DNA of 64,000 bases from Octopus vulgaris (Eukaryota): positions 1,860,001 to 1,924,000 of the forward strand of contig OX597832.1 of NCBI GenBank assembly GCA_951406725.2, in the 5' to 3' direction. Below the pieces are notes generated by a model. That model saw only the letters and a program-made list of their open reading frames with translations. It made no database searches and had not been told where the DNA came from. Of the stretch, positions 49,731 to 64,000 are shown in pieces; within the stretch, counting starts at the first letter, position 1; the number at the start of each line of letters is the position of its first letter. The position numbers and the translations under genes are program-made.

Positions 49731-52214
49731 TCAACAACGCATTCATACTGACTAGCATTATTGATTAACAATTTATAACTCCAAATGCCTATCAGGATTA
49801 CATGGAACCTTTTTGCTTTCCCAAAATAAATCTTACCTTCCGCTTTATAAGAACATCTATTCAATGAAACTTTCTAGTAAGATCAGAACCATATATTTTC
49901 GAAGAAAAATTAATTAAAATTCTTCCAGTTTACAATTTTTGTCTCCAGTTTGTTGAAGAAATTCTCGCGAAGAGTTTGACTGTTGACTACTTCCTAAAGT
50001 TTTTTAACAAGCTAATAACCTCCTTGGGAAATACTAATTTCAGTTGTTTAGCTTCGTCATAAAGGTTAGCCCTAAAACACACATAAACACATAATGCTTC
50101 TATGCACATATGCACACACGCAAATGTATATATGTGTTTATACAAAGAGAAGAAAGAAAGAAAGAAAGAAAGAAAATGGTTAATTCAAAAACATTAGACT
50201 ATTTTCCTGTGGAGAAGAGGCAAAAACTGGAAACTCGAGCTCATTCGTCAAACGATGTTTTTAAACTGCTAATATAAAGTAGTACTTGCCAATCAATATT
50301 TTGGGCACTGCACAGAAAGTTTTTAAAAATCATAATGCTTAGATGTCTACGTTCAGACTAAGGGAACAATTATGAAGTGACAATTCAGTAAAATCAATGC
50401 TCAATATTAAAGACAAACGAATGAAGCCATAACGTTTAGTTTAAGGTTTGAATATATCGATATTCACGTGTTGGAAATGATAATTGCTCAATTCTCTCTC
50501 TTCACAGGCAAAAAACTAGAATTAGCAATTGCAGTTATATGAACAGTGCAGTAGGATACAGGATACAAGAGATACTTTACAGATGATGAAAAAAACATAA
50601 TTGAGAGCATCACTACTCAGCCAATTAAAGCGCAAGTGGCTCTAATGAGGCTCGGTCGAAAGAAGAATCATCGTAGAATAGATGAATAAAGGGTTGATTG
50701 ATTGTCGCATTTTAAGTTTGCATTCTTTACATGAAAAAAACCTGTGTATAGATAATACTAAATTGCTGTTGATGACTTCGTTTTCTTTTCCTTTTTTTTT
50801 TGTTTTTCATTGTTTTTTCACTACACAGAATTAACAATTTCACATCATACACATATATGTATGTGTCATGTGGATGCGGCTACGTTTGCACTTACATGAG
50901 TTGGTGTGTTTGCACGTGTGTGTGTGTGTTCGTATTGCGTGTATGTGTGTGCTTGTATTGCGTGTGTGCGCGCGCGTGTGCACATAAATATATACGCATA
51001 TATCTTTACAGATATATATATGCATATTGGAATTTATACGGATATGCGTTCTATGTGTGTGTATGTATGTTTATGTGCGTGAGCTTACGTTCACACATAC
51101 ACATATACATTATATACACACATATTTATATACATATGTATGTATGCATGCATATATGTATGAATAAACATGTCTACATCATCTTTTAGCAAGGATTTTT
51201 CCCTGTTTTTAATGATATGAGGAAATAAGAAAGGAATGATATTTGTTTCTGTTTAGATAATAATTCATTGCAGGTAACAGATATTACGGTTTTGTTTAAT
51301 TTTTAAGAAAGCTGCTGATTTTCTACAAAGCTCCAGTGAGACACACACTGTAATACTACTCCCAAATCTGGGGGGGGGGGGGCTTTACAAGCATATTCTC
51401 CACAGTATTTAAAAGAAATGTCATTTGACAAGGAGCCACTTATCAACAAATCCCATCCTCTAACCCACAGACCCAGTATCACTTCAACTTACTCTGCCTC
51501 AGCAACGATCCCTGCTCCTAAGAGTTAGCTAGTTTTGTAACACCTTCAGCCAAGCACATTCGTCTGTCATCCCGTTAGCTATTCTCTATTTTTCCCTCAG
51601 AGCCCTACACTTAATCATCCCAATCCTTCCTTCCAGGATATTGACCCCCTGAATTTTCCTTCTCATCCACTTATATTTCACAGGCGTTAACTTTCAGCTG
51701 TTCAAATTGAACATCAATCATCACTATCAGCAATCTCCAAGGACCCGAAAGGGTTATTAGCACGCTCCTTTTTTCTCCTGGGACAAACAAAAGAAAAATA
51801 TGTAAAAGTTTCCACTCATGTTGTTTGAAACCGATAATACTTCTGCAAAGTAATGTAACTGTCTTTGTATCCCTTTTGGTACGCTTCAAAAATTCACGCA
51901 TAGATGCGTTCATCTGAACTATCAGCGAGAGAAAGCTGATTTGGCAAAGAAATATTGTCCAAATAATCCATCCTCTCATTCTGTCCTATTCATTCATCTT
52001 ACACAAATTAAGTTATGGAAATTCCTTTGGTTCCATGGTTCGTAACCATGAAAGATTAAAGAATATCAAGAAGCTAAAAGAGTTAATTAATCAAATGCAT
52101 CGTATTGAAAGGAAATTTGGTAATAGGCAGCTCTTTCTGAAGAATGTGTGATAATATGATGTTTCGAATAACATTCAAGTTTACTCAGAACGACTACAAT
52201 ATAGTGTCATAGTT

Positions 52215-52800
52215 AAGGCGGCGAGCTGGCAGAAACGTTAGCACGCAGGGTGAAGTGCTTAGCGGTGTTTCGTCTGCTGTTACGCTCTGAGTTCAAATTC
52301 CGCCGAGGTCGACTTTGCCTTTCATCCTTTCGGGGTCGATTAAATGAGTACCAGTTACGCACTGGGGTCGATATAATCGACTTCATCCGTTTGTCTGTCC
52401 TTGTTTGTCCCTTCAGTGTTTAGCCCCTTATGGGTAGTAAAGAAATAGGTATTTCGTTTGCCGTTACGCTCTGAGTTCAAATTCCGCCGAAGTCGACTTT
52501 GCCTTTCATCCTTTCGGGGTCGATTAAATAAGTACCAGTTACGCACTGGGGTTGATGTAATCGACTTAATCTGTTTGTTTGTCCTTGTTTGTCCTCTCTG
52601 TGTTTAGCCCCTTGTGGGTAGTAAAGAAATAGGTATTTCGCCTGTCGCTACGCTCTGAGTTCAAATTCCGCCGAAGTCGACTTTGCCTTTCATTCTTTCG
52701 GGGTCAATAAATTAAGTACCAGTTGCGTACTGGGGTCGATCTAATCGACTGGCCTCCTCCCCCCAAATTTTCGGGCCTTGTGCCTAGAGTAGAAAAGAAT
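52215..52800 (+). mobile_element. SINE family B, one head plus three tandem units (184-bp period)
   Basis: Units start at 52264, 52448 and 52632. Confidence 0.93.
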
Positions 52801-53760
52801 ATGGTATCATAGTTATACTTTTTAGAGTTTATAGATACTATGTCATATTGAAAGTTTAACTCTGTGATATAATTATTCGGTAAATTTTTAACTATATTAA
52901 ACATATCTACAGTGTGGATTATTCACATCATACAACCTGGTATTTTAATTAGAATGTTATAAAACTACACACGTAGTGAATTGTTAACACCCCCACCCAT
53001 CCCGATAATGTAGCAAACTAGAAACCGTGGCGATACAACAAGATCTGTTCGTGTTTACAGCTCTATACATATTCTCTATGAAACAAATTTCACAAAATTC
53101 AGCATCATTTGAAGCAGCAACATAAATAATCTTTACAGTTGATTCAGAGTAAAAGCCTTCATCGTGAAATAATTTCAAACATTTTGTCTCTTTGTCACGT
53201 AAGGAATCACATAAAAACTTTATACCTATAGTTAAATAAATAAAAGAAATCTGGTTTAAATTTTCTTGCATCTGTATTAAGATTCATATGATGAATATCG
53301 TAGAGTAATAAGTTCGCATTACATAGAGCTTCAGACGTGTTTCGCTTCCTATTTGAAGTTATTTCATTTTACTTAACATCAATAAGATCCTGTAGGAAAG
53401 TATACTATCATAAAATCTTATTTCTTCTCTCTCTCTATGCAGATCACAGATTTTTGCTTATGTAAGAAGACAATTTCTTTAGTGTTGGTCTGTTTCGGAC
53501 ATATCTAAAGAATAAAGAACAAAATCAAAAAGTTCAGAAATTTTATGCAGTTCATTTGCGTAGTAAACAAAATGATAATCGTCATCCTAAAATTTCGAAG
53601 TACGTGATTATCATTCAGTTATAAGAATCTCAGGTGCAAGCATTATAAAACACAAAACTTTTGGTAAGTAGTTATTTAGATGCACACATACGTAACACAC
53701 TCAGTAATGACATGAATTGAACACACTTAAATGCTTAAGCCCACTCTTCAGTGATAAGAC

Positions 53761-54385
<625 letters not shown>

Positions 54386-54418
54386 AAAAATATAGCGGCG
54401 TACGTACGCTTTGGTCTA

Positions 54419-54467
<49 letters not shown>

Positions 54468-54480
54468 ATACATATATGTG

Positions 54481-54546
<66 letters not shown>

Positions 54547-54971
54547 TATATACATATATATATACATACATATAAATATTTTTCTATCAGTAATTAAAAA
54601 TATAACAAAGTAGATTGGTTCTTTTCAAGGCCATGATCAGCGCTCTCATTGATCGCTAGTAGTATTAAACACATTTGACCTCTGCTGACCCCAAGGGGGT
54701 GAAGCCGCTTTGATCTCCTTATCGCACAGGAATGCCTATTGCTGATCTTTTCTACTTACAGACCTGAGGAATTTAATGTATTCACCAAGCTGTCTTTCTT
54801 GCTCCTACTATTCCCTTAAACACTCACATATTCATGATCATTTCAAGATCAACACAAAAGTTGAAACTAAACTACATTCAATAATACCTTTTAATAATAA
54901 ATGAAAATAATAATAATCATGAAAACTCATGTCGGATCAGAGGAAATATCAATAATGACAAATAGTAGTAA

Positions 54972-58969
<3,998 letters not shown>

Positions 58970-59035
<66 letters not shown>
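58970..59035. repeat. (TAA)n between the two R4-like elements
   Basis: Read directly. Confidence 0.98.
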
Positions 59036-59036
<1 letters not shown>

Positions 59037-62000
59037 GCGGTTGGAATCTCCTCATGCTCTAATTTATGATACATCTAATGATGGTGTCACAATAAAAACA
59101 CTGGTAATTGCGCAACCTGATAATCGCTACCTCATATGAGTGACAATGAAAAAACAAAATATTGTGAATAACGTTGGTAATGAAACTGAAGCCAATGATG
59201 GTTATAGTGTTACACCCGGCAGGCTCAGAGATACTGGTCCGACTCTAGCCTATTGTTATCCAGCACGGAACCAGCACATACGGTGTAGATGGAACAAACA
59301 AATCAATGGTGTTCATCTTAGGGGATACCAACAGCGTATGTATAATCAATAGAGAGAAAGAGGATTGTTTTAACGTACGGAACAGAGATTATGTGATCAA
59401 GCTAGAGCAATAAGAAAACATCGATGGTTCACAGACGTAGAGCTGGAAAAAGTAATTTCATAGCAGAAAACAGAGGTGAAATCTCTAAAAAACCACAGGG
59501 AAGAAACAGTGATAGCTTGCTCGATGACAGACAAATAGATGGTTTGGAAGAAGACAATAAAACTAATGGTGTCATGACAAATGGGCAAAAGGAAATCTAC
59601 GACAGAATAATGGCAAGGCTACAGGAGAACGATAGCGACATCATTTGCAACATTAAGAAGGTTGATCGGTGAAAATTGAACCAAGAAACGAAAGAATGTG
59701 AATGAAATTCTGAAATACATCAGAACAAACAACATCACAGAAACAAATAATTTGATCAAAGCAACGAGTATTGTTATAGCAGAACAATACTTGATGTCAA
59801 AAAAAAAAAGAAATATAATAGGAGTGACAAAAGAAAAGATCCATGGTGGAAAAGAAGAATACAGGTAGAGTTAGATATGCTCTCGAAGGACATTTCTGTG
59901 TTAGACCGAAAAGGGAAGGGAGAGCTTAAAAGCGAACAAAATTACAGGGCACTGAACAGGAAATATAATATTGAAAGAAAGGGCCTGAAAGTGGTAATAG
60001 AAGAACTAAAACAGCGTCTCGTTACAAAGAAAGCAAATATGGTAAGATACGACCAAAGAATAGGTTATTCAGAATAAATTAGAAGAGATCGTACAAAGAA
60101 ATAAATGGAGAGTGTACAGATGAAAAGTTGATACCAGATAACATTGAAAGTCAAACGTTTTGGAGTGACATCTGGAGCAAAGACAAGGAGCACAAAAAGG
60201 ATGCTGAATGTTTGCAAGAACTGAAACAAACAGTAGTCTGTCCAAAACAAGCAGAACTAGTCATTTCAGTTAGGGAAGTGAAGAAAATCAGCAAAAAATG
60301 GGCAACTGGAAGGTCCCGGGACCAGATAGAGTTCAAGGCTACTGGATCAAAAGATTGATGTCATACACGACGAATAGCTGCACAACCCAGCACCTTGTTA
60401 AATGCCGACCAGATAACACCAGAATGGTTGACAATGGGTAGGACAATGCTGTGTTTGAAAAACATCGAAAAAGGCAATACAGTAGACAATTAGAAGTCGA
60501 TATCCTGCTTGCCACTCATGTGGAAGTTATTAACTGGAATAGCCAATGTACGGACATCTGGAAAAAATGTAGACCTGCTACATAAACAGAAGGGTTGCAA
60601 GCGTAAGTGCAGAGGTACCAAGGATCAATTTCTGGTAGATAAAACTGTACTTAGAGACTGCAAGAGGAGGAAAAGTAACTTAGCCATGTCATGGATCGAG
60701 TATCGTAAGGCGTACGATATGATCCCACATTCTTGGATTATGGAATGTATGAACCTATTTGGTATTGCATCGAATGTTGAGTGATTGCTTGGAAAAAGTA
60801 TGGCGAAGTGGAGGACGGAACTGACAGCATATGGAAGAAGCTTAGAGACAATAAAATTCAGGAGAGACATCTTCCAAGGGACTTTGTACTGTAAATGATA
60901 CCACTAACACTGATTCTGAAGAAAGCAAAGGCTTGGTATGTATTCAAAAGCCACCAACAAAAAGTCAACAATATGGATGACCTCAGACTTTATGGTAAAG
61001 ATGAATCCCAAGTCAGTTACCTCGCTGATACGGTACATACTTTCAGTACTGATATCAGAACTGAGTTCGGACTGAAAAAGTGTGGTGTGTTGGTCTTGAA
61101 GAAAGGCAAAATCGAATGTACGGACGAGCTAGCGGTACCGTCGGCGAAGGTTATGAAGCAGATAGAAGAGACGGGCTATAAGTACTTGGGGATATTGGAA
61201 ATGGATAAATTGATGGCGAAAGAAATGACAAAAAGTTAAGGTGGAATACTTGCGCAGACTGAGACTGATCCTTAAATCGAAATTAAACGGACGGAATAAG
61301 ATTGAATCTATCAACACCTGGGCGGTTTCACTCCTTTGATATAGAGCAGGGGTAATCGCATGGACAGTAGACGAACTAAGCAGCTAAGTCAGAAATACAA
61401 GGAAGTTGCTTGCTAGATATGGGTCATTCCGCCCAAAAAGTGACACAGACAGACTGTATGTACCAGGAAAAAAGGGAGAAGAGGGCTGATTGGATGCGAA
61501 CACAGAATTAGAGCAGAAGAAAATAACATAGCATGGTATGTAAAAAATGCCACATAACCGCTGTTATTGGAAGTAAGGAGGTCAGGCTTGTGTAGGATGG
61601 ATGATTGCAAAGATAAAACAGTGTAGAAGCACTTGAGAATGAATGAAACTGGAAATAGGTGGATAAAGAAAAGAATGCATGGACAATTTCATAGGGATGC
61701 TGAAGATAAGACAGAGAAAAAGATGGCTATGGTTGACTAAAAGTTATTTAAAACTGGAAATGGATGCTCCCATCTATGCTGCCCAAGAGCTAGCACTAAA
61801 AACCAATTACATCAAATACAGAATAGACAACACATCAGCAAGTGATAAGTGAAGAATTTGTGGGCAAAATGGTGAAATTGTATGGCATATTACCAGTCAA
61901 TGTATGCCTCTAGCCCAGAAAGAATATAAGGGACGTTATGACAATACAACAAGGATTGTCCATTGGACACTTTGCAACAAGTAGGAACTTGACAGAGCAA

Positions 62001-62505
62001 ACAATTGGTACTAACATAAACCCGAAGGCATCATCGAAAATGATAATGCAAAGATCCTATGGAATCTTATGATTCAGTGCGACCATGAGATAGAGAATAG
62101 GAAGCCAGACATAGTGTTAATTGAGAAAGAAAGCAAACGCTGCTGGATCATAGATATAGCATGCCCAGCTGACTACAAGGTATGCGATAAGGAAGGAAGA
62201 AAAGTCGATAGAGATGACAAGCTAACTTGAGAGATTAAGCAGCTGTGGTCGATGAAAAAGGTGGTAGTACTACCAATATTGCCAGGGCCCTGGGAACAGT
62301 GAGTAAAAGTCTTGAGAAGTATATGGGACAAATAGGGGCTGCAATAAGGGTGGGGCACTTGCAAAAAAGCAGCACTGCTTGGAACCGTTCGAATACTCCA
62401 GTTGGTGTTCGAAAAATAAGGGGTGTTACCGTAGTTCGCTGGTAGTGAACAGCTGGCAACGTAGTACATCTCCAGCGTTAGAATCTGTGCAAAGACAATA
62501 AATAG
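59036..62505 (+). mobile_element. Second, older R4/Dong-like element (different family), apparently full length but heavily decayed
   Basis: [69 protein letters not shown]; many stops and frameshifts. Confidence 0.9.
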
Positions 62506-62506
62506 C

Positions 62507-62682
62507 AAGAAGAAGAAGAAGAAGAAGAAGAAGAAAAAGAAGAAGAAGAAGAAGAAGAAGAAGAAGAAGAAGAAGAAGAAGAAAAAGAAGAAGAAGAAGA
62601 AGAAGAAGAAGAAGAAGAAGAAGAAGAAGAAGAAGAAGAAGAAGAAGAAGAAGAAGAAGAAGAAGAAGAAGAAGAAGAAGAA
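62507..62682. repeat. (GAA)n microsatellite
   Basis: Read directly. Confidence 0.98.
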
Positions 62683-63224
62683 TGCAGAAAAAAGACGCTC
62701 AGATAGTATGTCCTGCATACCTGTATTACATACAAATAAGAACCTAGCTCTTTTTTTTTGCATTTTAAATCTGGATTTTCTGACATAGACGGAAAACAAT
62801 TAATATGACTCCACAGTAGAATTATGAGAGCTTGAGAATATCAGTAGGTAACATTGTTAAAGAAATTGAATGAACATTCGTTGCGTAACATCTCTAAATC
62901 TATACTTGTAACCATTTTAGTTGTGATTATGTGACCACTAAAGAAATTTGACATACCTTAAAATGAATGACCATCACGAAGTTCAATATAGCATAAACAC
63001 TGTGTATAACAACAAAATTAAACAAAAAAATTTATGATTAGAAATGTATAACCTAATAGTTTTATTTCCATGAAGAGAAAATCGAATGTGCATTTTCTAT
63101 TTTTTATTTTTATGTAGTATTTAGTATTTTTACTTTTTATATATTTATCTATTGTAATTTTCATCTTTAGCATTTTTAAAAGATTATTCTGGCACGAAGA
63201 AATTAATATTATTCTTGGCGTTAA

Positions 63225-63443
63225 AAGGCAGCGAACTGGCAAAATCGTTAACACGCCGGGCAAAAAGCTTAGCGATATTTCGTCCGTCTTTACATTCTGA
63301 GTACAAATTGTGTTAGGCTCGACTTTACCTTTCATCCTTTCGGGGTTGATATAATATGTACCAGTTGGGCACTGAGGTCAATGTAATCGACTTACTCCCA
63401 CTCCGAAATTGCTGGACTCGTGCCAAAATTTGAAACCAATATT
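63225..63443 (+). mobile_element. SINE family B monomer (diverged)
   Basis: Head aaggcagcgaactggcaaaa; homology to the other copies. Confidence 0.85.
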
Positions 63444-64000
63444 ACTCAAGGCGTCAATTTTAGAGCATATTTTTTGGAGCCTATTTAGCTTTTGTCTTTT
63501 GGAAACAATGGCAGATTCTGCTGTTCGTTACTTGACAACACCACTGCCGGTTCCCCCATTTGTGATTAACTCTCAATCAAGTCGTGCATTGTCATATTCA
63601 GGATTTCTAGAGTCCTCTTTCGTGCCATTATGTATTCATCCCAGGCAAGCATTTGACATCTCTTAAGAACTGATCCGATTTATTGGCAAAGTTGCAAACC
63701 TGGGCATTTTCTATGCCCAGGGCTAAGAGAAGACTGAAATCAGAATGTAGTATACGTTCCCCAGGAAGGAGTGATGAGGAACACTTGAGGAGGTAACTCT
63801 GGGAGCTATGTTAAAGGGCTTTGGTAAGCAGTAGACTTTCCAGGTGTAACTTTCTAATTCTTCTAGGAGCATCAAGAAAGCAAATTCCAGTTTCTCATTG
63901 TGAGCTTGGATTCAACATTGTATGATGTCTTCAGGAGATTTAGACAGAGAGGTCATGCTCTTGACCCTTTATATGCTTGAGCTTGTTTCCAATGTTAATG

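Noticed and set aside
50638-50675. CTAATGA-GGC-tcg-GTC-GAAA hammerhead-like string
   Set aside because: Core is mutated, no UH site or stem I, and no second copy to support it
51390-52150. GC-richer patch that may be a decayed retroelement (also 10300-11400 and 63450-64000)
   Set aside because: No diagnostic motif could be read, so no call was made
36677-52800. SINE heads as tRNA genes and tandem units as a CRISPR array
   Set aside because: No full cloverleaf; units are long near-identical repeats without unique spacers, in eukaryotic DNA
59036-59140. HDV-like ribozyme in the 5' UTR of the second R4-like element
   Set aside because: A TCCTC loop and a hairpin are present, but the nested double pseudoknot could not be assembled; it needs the family consensus

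Overview
AT-rich, repeat-dominated eukaryotic DNA with no convincing host protein-coding gene. The SINE families, microsatellite density and LINE/Penelope mix look like a cephalopod (Octopus-like) genome; this is an inference, not a database match. Nearly all long ORFs in the track are microsatellite artefacts or transposon remnants. Content: two RTE-type LINEs (7.3-10.0 kb, 23.5-25.7 kb); a near-intact R4/Dong-like RT+RLE LINE inside a (TAA)n tract with a second decayed one directly behind it (55.1-62.5 kb); older R4-like, HERO and CR1 remnants; several Penelope-like elements (PLEs); two mariners, a hAT element with TIR and TSD, a Chapaev3-like end and Helitron-like termini; about 11 tRNA-derived SINE copies of three families. 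Most notable: (1) nine hammerhead-ribozyme motifs from five unrelated repeat families, including one family with a recurrent non-canonical CUGU core and two with unusually long loop 2; (2) a three-part templated chimera at 5.36-5.75 kb joined by microhomology; (3) a PLE GIY-YIG nuclease split in frame by about 190 N/S/T-rich codons; (4) SINE concatemers with the same 184-bp unit junction at two loci. All alignments, folds and coordinates were read by eye; boundaries may be off by some bases.
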